From Neophaeotheca triangularis (Eukaryota), in NCBI GenBank assembly GCA_054600435.1, contig BAAIJX010000002.1:620001-684000 (forward strand): a DNA stretch of 64,000 nucleotides, read 5' to 3'. The translations under genes were made by a program, and so were the position numbers. Shown one piece after another: positions 1-11,241 of this stretch; position 1 is the stretch's first letter, and each line of letters opens with the position of its first letter. The notes below the pieces were generated by a model. The model saw nothing but the letters and a program-made list of their open reading frames with translations. It made no database searches and was not told the origin of the DNA.

Positions 1-895
1 CTGCATCCCAATTCCTGCGACAAAAGACAGCAGCTTGGCACATCAGAATACTGCTATGGGGTTATCGGAACGGTCACGGCCGGGAGACAACCTGTCGCGT
101 CAGCAATCGGAGGAATATGCTCCCCGTAGCGGCCACGCGGTCTCTACAGGCCAGGATACCACAGAGTTACGGGACAACGAAACTTCATCACAGTAAACCC
201 AACACCGCGTGGCCATCGATATTGGGCCAACATGCTCGGTAGTCCAAACTACACTGGTTGGCCTGACCTGGGAACATACATCAATATGGACTGTGAACTG
301 CCTCGCGGTTGCTGGGTCGCGTCTTGCTATAGCGCTGGCGGATCGGGCGTCAGTCCTGACGCGTACCACGAGACAATTGAATACAACGCGAAGCCTTTGC
401 GCAAATCTGTTTTAGTCCCAATTATTTCTGTCATACACTTCATTCAGTATTCACAGTGAATGTTAAAGCAACATACCATACACGCCAAGGCTTTGTTTTG
501 ACGCTAGCGGAGACGCGCATACCAGCAAGCTCGTGTGCACAACTAGGTACCTTGGCTACTTTTCGATAAGGTCCGAATGCTCTGATTGCCATCACGTTTG
601 CAGACGAAGTCGGACTGCGGTGGCATCAGTCGGATAAGTCGTCCACGGGTATCTGAAAGAAACATCATCAAGGAATAAGGTAAGGTACATAGGTGTATGT
701 CTCGATGCGGGACGCGCCAAACCGGCAGGGAACAGCGCTGACCAATCGCAGACCGCGCTAAGTCTGACTTTCCACTTCGACTCTGGTGAAGGAGCCATCG
801 AATTCGAGACGTCGACAGCCAGCCCAGCCTCCTCCGTCTTGTAGGCTATCCATCCTCGCGTCTGCCTAGTCCAATGTCATGAATACTTACACCCG

Positions 896-3800
896 ATGCC
901 TCAGATTGAGTACCTGTCAAAGGCTGGGATCTACCATTGCCATCTGGTCGAGAACACGAATAAGGAACATCTGCTGAGGCGGGTGGAAGCAACTGAAACC
1001 GAGACTCTGGACCAGAGGCTGCGCAGACCGGAGCACCAAAAAGTCCGCTCACGCATCCCGATCCATGAGCGATCCAACATTCCTCGCTTCAGTGCAGTCG
1101 TAGTCGACAGAACGCCCCCAGGCGCAGAGCCAGTGACTCCTATCATGTCGAATAAATCGGAAGCAATAGAGATCTCTGATAGCGATGACGCCAATGAAGA
1201 ACCTCGCCAGAAGGTGAGCGGAGCCGCAGTGGTTCATGTGCCTCAATCCTCTGGCAATGCTGCGCGCGCCAATGCCAAACAGCAGTCACGGCCGGTATCT
1301 AGGGCCGAAAGCGGGAGACCGAAAGGCTTCAGCAAGCGTGATGCATCGACTAGCGGTGCTGAAGCGCTGACGGCTTCTCTGCCAGACTCGAAGCAAGCGC
1401 GCGGTATTTTGTCGTCGAAGACGCCAACAAGTGGGACTCGTAGTAAGCTTACTAGCAGAACAAAGTCAACGCAGATAAGCGGCGACGACTATCCCGTCTT
1501 TGTCCGCTCAGCGAAGGTTGACAAGGTCAAGACAGTAATTGATCTTGCAAACAGCGATGAGCCGGGTTTTGACGACGCCAGCAACGTTCTGCCAAAATCT
1601 ACCGGGGCCAGGAAGCCATCCCAGTCTCGACCTAGGAAGGATCAAGCTAGCCACACTCCCTCACTGCAACGCCTCGCTCCATCAACTAAACGCCCTCGTG
1701 GCGGGGACCATATTTCGCCGCTCTCAGCATTGCGTCAAGAACATCATTCGAAGAGGCGCAGGACTGAAAGTGTGGAGCGACCTTCGGGCGTGAGCAATCT
1801 CTCACGAAAGCTCGAAGCAGCCAAGACCTCGTCATTAACACCAAATCAGTCTGCTGCTCAAAGCCCAGGAAGCAGGCTGGTGGAGTTGACTCCGTCCGAA
1901 GACATACCAAACGCAGATTCTGTACAAGACGCGACCTCAATTCGTGCAGATGCCAGTCCTGGGGCTGAGCGTCCGCAGTCAATCGCGCCACGCGACCCTC
2001 CAAAAAGCAAGAGCCCTCAAAGGGATGCATTGGACCACATCGGTATTGTGCAAACTAATGACGACGACGACGACGAACCTTCAGAGCCTGTACCACAAGA
2101 AGAATTGCGTGCTCCTTCACGTGCTCCCTCATTTGTTAACGGTGATGGAGATGAGGCTCAGGACAAAGATCAAGGAGAGAAAAGTCAAGAAGCCGTGAAG
2201 GTATTTCCACGACAAGACGTTGAAGCGGCCATCGACATCCCTCAACAGGAAAATATTCATGGAGCAAAGGCGAATGTCGCAGACTCTGAACGACAGCCCG
2301 AACTCTCTGGGTCGAAAAGCCCTAGACCTTGCATTCAAGAATCACCAGCAAGAGCTACTGAAGTGAGCAATGACCATCTACGCAAGGAGTCTGATCTCGA
2401 ACCTTCACTTACTGCGGCTGCTGCAAACGCACAACTGCTGCAAGAGATAGCGAAAGAGCCTTCAACAAAGGACGACGATAGTCCAGCTGCACCTCAGGTC
2501 GTGGACGAAGAGATTCCATCTGGTGAGGTGCCCGATACGCCGGTTCGCCAGATCTCTGCTGCACTGGACACAGGTGCTCCTGTTTCCGAACCGACTGCCA
2601 GTGACGCCCCTACTCTCAACCGACCCGCCGACAAAATCCATTCCCCCGAACCAGTTGTCAAGGAAGTTTCTGCTCTTCCACCAACTGCCAGCAACGATCT
2701 GAGTCCCGACCACACCGCTGGCAAAGATCCGACTGTTAGCAACAACATTGACGACATCACTGCATTGGCAGCCGATTTCAGTACCTTCGCAAAGCCACAG
2801 GCACCCGCAAGTGCTGCAAAACTCGCCGTGGGCATGCCTGCGAGTGAAATGAACTACGTGGAGCGTGTGTGGGGGAAATACCAGGAAGAGTATCGCGGGG
2901 ATAACGAGTACTGGACACGGAGAGAGCTGCATAAGGCACGGCAATCCGTTCGAGCAAACGATGCAGAGTCTGCGCACGGCGCAGCCAAGCTAGTGCCATC
3001 CACAGACGTCTTCAAGCGAATGAAGCGTCTCCAGGGAAAGGCAAAGCCCTCGGATGCCTCTGAAACCACAGCTCAATTCAAAGTCCAAACACTGGTGCCT
3101 ACGAAGAGCAAATCAGAGCTGCGCGGTGTCCCAATCGCCATAATCGATGTGGAAGAGGCGGGTGTGCAAGACTTGCCGTTGTTCATGCACTACGTCACCA
3201 TCAAGAACAACGTCCTCGCGCCGAACATCAACAGTCTCCATTTCTGGCCGTACTTTGGAGATGACTATCCAATTGAGGACGTCGAGAACCTTGGCCAATA
3301 CTACGAACTCGATATTAGGGACCGACCCCAAAAGATCAGACGCTTGGTACAGGCAGATAGCCTCGAAGACTATGCGATTTCGGCTTTACAAGAGCTCGGC
3401 TGCACGCTCCAAGATGTCCTGCGCTTCTTCCTTGACCCATCGCCTTCCCTAGGCATCGACTCCAGTGTAGCTGTAGAGTCTGCCTTGCGTTACCGAGACG
3501 ACCCATTGTCAGGAGCCAACGAAGAGTTCGACAGGAAGAATGAAAAATGGGTGTCAGTATTGTCGAAGTTGCCCCCATCACCGCCAGCGACCCTTGCTCG
3601 AACTGCAATATTCTGCGAAACTTTCCACAAAATGGTGAAGTTCAGTCTTTTCCACATCGCCAGGAGGCACCCAGCAGCGAAGGCTTCTACCACAAAGGAT
3701 CATCAGCTTGAGGTCGACTTCGAGAAGATGACCTGCAGGATCTGCTTACGCTTCATGTGTCCTCACCATGGTGAGCTTCTTGAAAAGGATCCCTCAGACG

Positions 3801-5320
3801 AAGAAGAAGACGAGTTCGACGCCGACGAGTTGATCGCTAAAGACATCGTCGACCCGCCGAATATTAATCATCGTACTCGGATGATTTTTCAAGAGCGTCC
3901 AAGTGCCACGCTAAGCGCAAACTCATTCATTGCTCCTACTGCAAACGAAAAGTCTGCTGAGTACTGGCGGTCTCGGGGCTACTTGACTCAACTGGATGAA
4001 AGGCCTCCGTTCTACCCATGTTATCACCCTGGATTCAGCTGCGAGCAAGCGGAGTGCGAGTGCTTCAACTTGAAAATTCCTTGCGAGAAGGCATGCAACT
4101 GCCCCAGCGACTGCACGAGACGGTTTGAAGGATGCGCGTGCGCCCAAGGGAATAAACGCAAGATCTGCTTTCAAGACGATCGGTGCGCCTGTTTCTCTCT
4201 CAGCCGAGAGTGCGATGCAGACTTGTGTGGCAGTTGTGGCGTTGTCGATGTCATTGACCCTGTAAATCGAAACAACGATGCTATTCTCGCCGGCCGATGC
4301 CGTAACGGCAACATCCAGCGTGGCGTGCCGAAGCACACGATGGCTGGGGATAGCAGAGTCCACGGCTTCGGATTGTACACTCTCGAAGACATCCGCGAGA
4401 ACGACTTCATCGGCGAATACAAAGGCGAGGTCATTACGAAGCCCGAGGCTGACCGCCGCGGCGAGGTCTACGAGCACCAATGCCTCTCTTACCTCTTCAC
4501 CCTCAACGAGACGCAGGAGATCGACAGCACCTACTACGGCAACAAGATTCGTCTCATCAATTCTGCTAAGAAAGGCGTACTCAACTGCTACCCGAGGATC
4601 ATGCTCGTTAATACAGTGCATCGTATCGGCTTGTACGCAGAGCGCCACATCAAGTACGCCGAAGAACTGTTCTTCAACTACGGCAAGCTGTTCCCCGAGG
4701 ACAAGCTTGGCGGAAAGAAAGTTGAGGCCGGACCATCTGCGCCCCATGCTCGCAGCGCTAACCAAGTCGCGGGCTTCTGGGACGTGGAGATTGAAGAGGA
4801 CGACGAGGGCAGGAAGACGGCGCGCAAGGCAGTCAGTAAGCGTGGTAGAGGTGGCACCAGAGGCAGGGGTACGAGGGGCAGGGGCACAAGGGGCAGAGGC
4901 ACGGGCGGTGGTAGGGGAGCTGCAAAAGGCGGTACGAGACCCAGTGCCGGTCCGAAAGGTTTCACGACCCAAGCCGACTTCGCTAACGCTGTCGCAGTGG
5001 TGCAAGATGAGAAGCCTCGAATGGACTCCAATGGCGATATTGCTGGTGGCAGTTACGAGAGAATGGCTTCCGGCGATAGACTCGCTGCGTACAACATTGC
5101 TGACGATGCGGATGACTTTATGGATATCGATGCAGGGGCGGGAGCCGCAGATGACGAGGACTATCATCCTGACCACGGGATAATGGGGGAAGGGCCGGAG
5201 CAGGACGAGGGCAGCGCAGAAAGCGAGTACCACGACGATGAGTTGAGTGATGATGAGGTTCTACCGACAAGGAGACGCGGTAGGCCCCATCTCAGGCGAG
5301 GGAAGGGAAGGGTTTTCTAA
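896..5320 (+). CDS. KMT6: Histone H3K27 methyltransferase, PRC2 catalytic subunit (KMT6/Set-7/EZH2 family)
   Basis: 1474-aa ORF with a long disordered N-terminus and CRICLRFMCPHHG. Cys-rich CXC region (PCYHPG..CEKACNC..RECDADLC) and SET domain (HGFGLY, FIGEYKGEVI, EADRRG..Y, SYLF.LN, EELFFNY). The true start codon may be downstream (e.g. MSNKSE). Confidence 0.92.
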   Translation: MPQIEYLSKAGIYHCHLVENTNKEHLLRRVEATETETLDQRLRRPEHQKVRSRIPIHERSNIPRFSAVVVDRTPPGAEPVTPIMSNKSEAIEISDSDDANEEPRQKVSGAAVVHVPQSSGNAARANAKQQSRPVSRAESGRPKGFSKRDASTSGAEALTASLPDSKQARGILSSKTPTSGTRSKLTSRTKSTQISGDDYPVFVRSAKVDKVKTVIDLANSDEPGFDDASNVLPKSTGARKPSQSRPRKDQASHTPSLQRLAPSTKRPRGGDHISPLSALRQEHHSKRRRTESVERPSGVSNLSRKLEAAKTSSLTPNQSAAQSPGSRLVELTPSEDIPNADSVQDATSIRADASPGAERPQSIAPRDPPKSKSPQRDALDHIGIVQTNDDDDDEPSEPVPQEELRAPSRAPSFVNGDGDEAQDKDQGEKSQEAVKVFPRQDVEAAIDIPQQENIHGAKANVADSERQPELSGSKSPRPCIQESPARATEVSNDHLRKESDLEPSLTAAAANAQLLQEIAKEPSTKDDDSPAAPQVVDEEIPSGEVPDTPVRQISAALDTGAPVSEPTASDAPTLNRPADKIHSPEPVVKEVSALPPTASNDLSPDHTAGKDPTVSNNIDDITALAADFSTFAKPQAPASAAKLAVGMPASEMNYVERVWGKYQEEYRGDNEYWTRRELHKARQSVRANDAESAHGAAKLVPSTDVFKRMKRLQGKAKPSDASETTAQFKVQTLVPTKSKSELRGVPIAIIDVEEAGVQDLPLFMHYVTIKNNVLAPNINSLHFWPYFGDDYPIEDVENLGQYYELDIRDRPQKIRRLVQADSLEDYAISALQELGCTLQDVLRFFLDPSPSLGIDSSVAVESALRYRDDPLSGANEEFDRKNEKWVSVLSKLPPSPPATLARTAIFCETFHKMVKFSLFHIARRHPAAKASTTKDHQLEVDFEKMTCRICLRFMCPHHGELLEKDPSDEEEDEFDADELIAKDIVDPPNINHRTRMIFQERPSATLSANSFIAPTANEKSAEYWRSRGYLTQLDERPPFYPCYHPGFSCEQAECECFNLKIPCEKACNCPSDCTRRFEGCACAQGNKRKICFQDDRCACFSLSRECDADLCGSCGVVDVIDPVNRNNDAILAGRCRNGNIQRGVPKHTMAGDSRVHGFGLYTLEDIRENDFIGEYKGEVITKPEADRRGEVYEHQCLSYLFTLNETQEIDSTYYGNKIRLINSAKKGVLNCYPRIMLVNTVHRIGLYAERHIKYAEELFFNYGKLFPEDKLGGKKVEAGPSAPHARSANQVAGFWDVEIEEDDEGRKTARKAVSKRGRGGTRGRGTRGRGTRGRGTGGGRGAAKGGTRPSAGPKGFTTQADFANAVAVVQDEKPRMDSNGDIAGGSYERMASGDRLAAYNIADDADDFMDIDAGAGAADDEDYHPDHGIMGEGPEQDEGSAESEYHDDELSDDEVLPTRRRGRPHLRRGKGRVF

Positions 5321-5595
5321 TAGGCGAATGCCAAGTGCGGGCCTGTCGAGCTCGGAATTTGCTACAGCTCGGCGGAGGAGAGGGGATATTGGAAGTGTTT
5401 TGCGACGGCTGCCTTGCAACCTTACGCTTTCTAGTCGAGTAACTTGAAACTGCAAATTCCGAAATTCGCCATGGAACGCTTCGGATTGTCACCGCCACTT
5501 GATGTAAGCCGAGAATTATTCACAGGGTACAGAAGTTGAAGACTATCGACATTGTTGAAATGCTATGCTCGCTCTACAAAACTGGCATATAGCTC

Positions 5596-6237
5596 TCATA
5601 CCTTCCTCAGAACGATCATTCTCGCTCTTACACCAGCACCCTTCCGATAGTCCGCAATTTCCGTGCTGATAATCTCAGCAAGGTCCCCAGCCGCCAACCT
5701 CAGCACTTCGCCCTCGTAGCCTCCACTCGCCCACACATCATCCAATACGGTCGCCACAACAAGTCCGCCCTTCTTCGCAACCCGTACAAACTCCCCCAGC
5801 GCCGGTACAGGACCCACATGCGCTGTCGTCAAAGTACCAACGCAAGTCACGACATCGTAAACGCCATCGGGCGCGGCGTGCAGAGGCTGCGACAGGTCAG
5901 CCGTCGCGAGGCGCGAGTACACCCCCGTCTTCCCAGCAACGTCCAGCATGGCGGGCGAGAGGTCGAGGCCGTGAATCGTCTTCGCTCCGGCCTGCGCGAG
6001 CGCCACGCCAGAGAGCCCAGTGCCGCAGCCGGCGTCGAGCACGAGTCCGTCGAGGTTCCCGTTCGCCGATGCGACCGTCTGGGCAACGCGGACGGGCGCT
6101 ACGTAGTTCTGAGAGTCGCTCGTGAGGTCGGCGTCGTATGTCTGCGCCCAGTCGTCGTAGAGGGCTTTGCAGTCGTCGACGCTCTTTATCGTTGCGATGC
6201 GGGCGAAAGCGTTGCTGGCGGTGGCTGGGGTGGCCAT
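5596..6237 (-). CDS. Class I SAM-dependent methyltransferase
   Basis: Motif I VLDAGCGTGLSG, GLDLSPAML, YDVVTCVG and N-terminal YDDWAQTYD. ATG at 6237 (MATPAT); the ORF-track start is non-ATG. Confidence 0.88.
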   Translation of the reverse strand: MATPATASNAFARIATIKSVDDCKALYDDWAQTYDADLTSDSQNYVAPVRVAQTVASANGNLDGLVLDAGCGTGLSGVALAQAGAKTIHGLDLSPAMLDVAGKTGVYSRLATADLSQPLHAAPDGVYDVVTCVGTLTTAHVGPVPALGEFVRVAKKGGLVVATVLDDVWASGGYEGEVLRLAAGDLAEIISTEIADYRKGAGVRARMIVLRKV

Positions 6238-7193
6238 GTCTGTGACCAAGGTCGACTTCAATGGGTCTGAAAGTGCGTACGATGACCGGGGTCAGCTGGT
6301 GGGTGGATAGTAGTAGAAGAATGGACTAATGCTGTCTGTTGATGACGATGCGTAGCCGCTATCTATGCGTGGTGCTACATATGTCTAGTGTGAACCTGTT
6401 GGCGTCTTTGTTACTGGCCAGGTCTTCTCTAGGCACCTCCCCAACAACCCTTGGTTGAGACTGAGCTGCTGCGCATGTGGGCAATCCAAAGCATTCATCA
6501 CACCCAGTGATGGCACTGCCGACATTCTTCCGAGAGTACTCATCACTTCCTTTCTTTTTCCGATCCGTCAACGACATGCGCCCACCTACTAGGAGGTAGG
6601 TAGCTACTCGCCCCGCATGACTTGTGGCAGCAGACCTATGTGACCCATACATCGAGGGCCCTCCACATACACTCATGTACCCAGTCCAACTTCGCACATC
6701 CGACTTCAAACGCGGTATGCCACTTTACGATTCTATGACTCTTTATCCAACAAAACTTGCCTGTCGTAGCCGTGTCTTAGCATTGCCGGATGGCATGGCA
6801 CTACTAGACACACCCCAAGAAGTCAGGATGGGAAGATGGGTCGAGTAGGGACGGTCCTTAAAGGTAGGAACATTTCCCCGCCTGTATAGCTTAACCCTCG
6901 AACGGTATCACAGCTTGTGTTTAACTACAGGATTTGTTCTGTCGTCCGATCTACTAACTTATATTCGAGCACTGAAGCGGGTGACTACCTATTACTACGT
7001 TAAGTGACCGCATGGGAATCCCACTTGTTGTATGTGTTCCTGTTCTTGTACTTTTATTTTATTTTTGTTTCCCCTATTTCTTGCATTTGTCACTCCTGCC
7101 CCTGTCGTTGGAGCCAGAGTGGCGTCATCAACTTGTGAAGCGAAGTTGATGTAGATTTACAGTACGAGATCGTGCAATATATGCCTCGGAAAG

Positions 7194-8568
7194 TCACTTT
7201 GACAAAGTGACCGGCTTCCTTCGCTTGTCTTCTTTGTAAGGCGCATGGTGAACGACAGCGCGGATCAGTTTCTGCGGCCCATCTCCGCTGCCCCATTTCA
7301 CCTTGACTTCGGTCCCAGGCTGTGAATGCTTTGTGTCGATGATGGCGTGGGAGATCATCTTCTTAAACCAATAGCTATAGCACCGCGACATGGCGCAGCC
7401 AACTAGAGAGTCTTCAACAAACACACCGTCTGCGACAAGGAAGTTGGACCGCGGCATCTCCATGTAGTCGAATGTTTCTTCGCGGAAATGGGAAGCGAAA
7501 ACGTCCGCGACGTCCTCACTGTTCCATTCCAGGGCGACGAATTTGCGGGGCGGATCGGCTGCTATCTTTTGGAGAGCCTCTTTGCCGATGAAGTCGTGTT
7601 CGAACTTTACGAGCCAGCCCCAGCCTAGTTCGAACGGATCACGTTCGTGATGTGCAGGATCCGTGGACCAATTGCCCATTACTTCCAAGCCGGCGAGGTC
7701 GACGTCTGCGATTTTGGAGCTGAGGAAGTCGGTGTAGGCCTTCATCTCGACATCGACTCCTGAAAATGCCGGCAAAAAGTCTATAGAAGGGGTAGGGAAA
7801 GCGGCCTCTGACTAGAGTGTATATCAGTACTCGTAGAGAGGAACAAAGCGAAGAGCAACTTACGTGATTCACGAGTTTCGTACGCATCCCGAGCTGACGA
7901 ATCCCAAACTTCTCCCCGGTCGCTACAATCGCCTTCCACACTTTCTGCCCATCTTTGGCCGCGCCCCAAAGCTCGTAGCCGTGTTCGCCAGAAACTCCTT
8001 GCCGGAGCGCTAGAAACTTCATCCCGTCGATAGACATCTCCTTCGCATCCAAGAATTCCAGATCGGTGATGGTTTCCCCGGTCGCCTCTTCCATGACCTC
8101 GATACTCCTAGGCCCCTGGATCTGCAGCAAATACCACTCCTTTGTAACAAACTCGACGGTACAATCAAACTTGCGCCTCCCATGTTCATGCTGGTAAGCG
8201 GCCCACGTCACACCAGGGACCGACGTCAACAAGAAATCGTCCTCGGCAAACATCATGACCAAGCCGTCTCCCGCAATCTTACCGTCGTCACGACACATGA
8301 TGGAATGTTTGGCCTGCAAGGGTTTGAAATGCGGCCAGTGGTTTGTCGAGAGGAAGGCTAGAAAGGCTTTGGCTCCGGGCCCGCGGACTCTGAGTTTGAG
8401 CGATTGCGACCAGTCGCCGATGTAGCAGGTTTTCTTCCAGGACACGCTCTCGTCGATCCAGTCGGTGAATTCCCAGGGCTCGAAGTCGGTGATGAAGCGT
8501 GACCAGACGAAGGCGGCGGACTGGTCTATAGGGAGCATGGGCGCGATTGGGGGGCTAGTGTTAGGCAT
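7194..8568 (-). CDS. GcvT-family aminomethyltransferase, LigM/DesA-like THF-dependent O-demethylase
   Basis: PWEFTDWIDESVSWK..YIGDWS, CRDDGKIAGDG, LQIQGPRS, GVSGEHGYELWG, DPFELGWGWLVKFEHDFIGKEAL. One intron at 7812-7863 (GTAAGT...CTAG) joins NH|SEAAFPT and links the two ORF-track ORFs. Confidence 0.85.
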
Positions 8569-9617
8569 GATGATTGGGGTATATGCTATGGCAGGTGTGG
8601 AAGACAGGGGAGGAAATTGTACTTGGAGCTGGTGTCAAAACCGTGCGGTCTGGGTCAATATCTTCTTTATATGCAGGTGGTATGGTATCTGTCATAACAA
8701 CGTCCTTCTCTTCGCAATAAGGAACCTCACGTTCTGGCTGGAAGGTGAGGTGGATATCCCTAAATGTCACGATGCGTAGAGCCGGCAAGCATATCTTCCG
8801 CGAGCCGGATGCTGTCAAAGTACTTTCCGTTTCCGCACGGCTCGCCGGCTCGAGCGCTTCCATCCCTTTAAACTTCTTTGGTACCGTCCGTGGTCGTCGT
8901 TCTCCTCGAGTAGTAGAGTCCCTGCCACATCACACCGTTCTACAGTCCCGGCAGCGCTCTTAACGATCCGCGTAGTTACTGAGTCTTCCCGTTGACCTGA
9001 TTCATCACGACCTTCCCGGAAGACCTGTAGCAAAAGCCGAAATTTGGCAGGATTGCAGCGAACTCATGCCAAATGCAGGACGGGTTTCAGTCGAACTACA
9101 CGTATCGGCATCCCAGTGGTTGCTTAATTGTCGGAGGCATCGTTGACTTGTCAACTATGCACAGATTGCTGATCTCGAGATGTCAAGATCACCTCACGAC
9201 TCACCAATCTGCGTCGGCGCCTTACGCCACCGATCTGCCTATGAGGTAGGGTTAGAGTTTGGTATACAGCTTCAACAAAACATAATGTCTCGAGACAAAT
9301 ATGATCTCGTCGTTTAAATTTGAAAGTCTTTGTAAAAAGAGTGTTGGGTCAAAGAGAAGTCAAACGCTCTTTGCGACACAAAGGTTGCATATTGAGATGA
9401 CGGGCAAGGGAAGGCAAACGCGGCGACGAAGCAAGTTGAAAGCAAAATAAGGTGAAACGCATTTCATTAACAGCATCTAAGGCAAAAGCAAAACCAACGC
9501 AAGACCAAACCCATTACCACCCAATCCATCCGCAAGTCATTACCATCATCTCGTTGTTTCGTGATCTCGTCAAGCAAAGAAGCGGCGCATAGGTGGAAGT
9601 CGAAGAGAAGAAGCAAC

Positions 9618-11241
9618 TTAGTGCATGGTGAGGTAGAGGCCGATGGGGCAGGCTAAACAAGAATTGTCAGCAAGAGCAGCTTGGGACTTGGGTGATAGGT
9701 GAATACTCACGGTTGACATCCTGGAAGAGGGACAGGCAGGTATCGTCCTCGGGCGACATCATGACGGCCATGGTCTCACCAGCCGGGCAAGGGAATTCCT
9801 CAACATCGTAAGCGTTGCCTGGCGCGACAGTAATCTCGTTGTGGGCGTTCTTGTCGCACTTGGGCATGTTGTGGTAGGTGGTGTGCTGCTTGGCGGGGGA
9901 GGTCATTTTCTTGAAGGACACCTTGCCGGAGCCAGAGAAGGTGTAGGCGGAGGTCTCGAGCTGGTGCTGCTCGGGGAAGAGGAACTCGAGCTTGCAAGTC
10001 ATGCCCTTGGCCGAGGCTGGAACGTCGAAATTGGCAATGGTGGAGATGGAGTCCGAAGCAGTAATGTTGAATTGGGTGCCATAGCACTCATGGGGCTTCG
10101 CAGAGTCGACAGGTATGAGGAGGTGGGGAAACTGGGAGGTAGTCAGTAAGCAGCAAGGATGTGTAATGACGGCGACAGGGCGGCCTACTTCGTAGCTACC
10201 GGCCTGAAGCTCGCCTGGGCAGGTGTTTTGAGGAACGGCGGGCTGGCTAGAAGTCGTGCAGACGCTGGACATGGGGACCATTGGCACGGTGGAGGAGGCG
10301 CAGCTGGATGTGTAGTGGGTCTTGACATCAGTCGTGGTGGAAGGTTTCGTGCTGGAGGAGCACTTGGACGAGCTGCCGGTGGTGATGGTCTTGACTTCGG
10401 TGGAGGTGGACGGCTTCATGCTGGAAGAAAACCTAGACGCGCTGCCGGTGGTGATGGTCTTGACTTCGGTGGAGGTGGACGGCTTCATGCCGGAAGAGCA
10501 CTTGGATGAGCTGCCGGTGGTGATGGTCTTGACTTCGGTGGAGGTGGACGGCTTCATGCTGGAAGAGCACTTGGAGGTGCTGCCGGTCGTCATGGTCTGG
10601 ACCGAGGTGACTGTTGAAGGCCTATTGGGCGAGGTGGCGGGCACAGTGGACTGTGAATGGGACGGACAAATGTTGCAATCGTCGGCGATCAAAGTGACGG
10701 GCTTGCACTTGTCCTGACCAGCGAGCTTCTCAGTGTACAAATTCCATCCGCCGTGGTCACCAGTCGGGCATTCCTAGAACTCCGACGAGCCGTGGGCCAT
10801 GAGGGTGTAGTCGCAGCCGACGGAGAAGACTTCGTCAGGCTTCGCACCGGTGTCGCATTGAAACTGGGTGGTGGGAGGGGTGAGAATGCAGCCGCGGCCG
10901 TAGGAGTCCGTCAGGCCTGAGAGAAATGTCAGTGTCAGGAGTATTTAGGTATGCATGAGGGATGGGAATGAGGAATGGACTGACCACCGTTGTTGTTGAT
11001 GCAGAACTTGCCCGGCATGGTGGGGAGGTTCGACTGTCCGACGCGGACCTGGCCATCGTCGAGTTCGCCGACTTGGCCACCCATTGTGCCGGAGGCAGTG
11101 AGGCTGAAGCAGCTGGAGACGGATGTCAGTATCGTGGAATGGAGGAAGACGGTATGAGACGTACCAAGTGTCATCGTTGCGAGCAACGAGTGCTGAAACG
11201 CCGGCGGCTGAAGCCAAAGCAAGAGTGCTGAAGACGTGCAT
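9618..11241 (-). pseudogene. Secreted Ser/Thr-rich cell-wall protein with C-terminal But2-type domain; one in-frame TAG
   Basis: Signal peptide MHVFSTLALASAAGVSA, then GQVGELDDGQVRVG, GRGCILTPPTTQFQCD, FPHLLIPVDS, CKLEFLFP, PCPIGLY. Introns 11113-11164, 10917-10984, 10132-10188, 9653-9710. TAG at 10774-10776 lies in exon 3. Confidence 0.75.
10321..10600. repeat. Coding minisatellite, 69-bp unit x ~4 (23-aa Ser/Thr repeat)
   Basis: GCTGCCGGT anchors at 10372, 10441, 10510 and 10579; encodes TTGSSSKCSSxMKPSTSTEVKTI on the minus strand. Confidence 0.9.

Noticed and set aside
1..460. Short ORFs at the left edge (frame 2 open to ~196; 232..459)
   Set aside because: No recognisable domain. It could be the tail of a gene outside the window, but this cannot be supported.
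3923..5233. 436-aa minus-strand ORF and 301-aa alternative-frame ORF over KMT6
   Set aside because: Shadow ORFs produced by GC-rich codon bias in the real gene.
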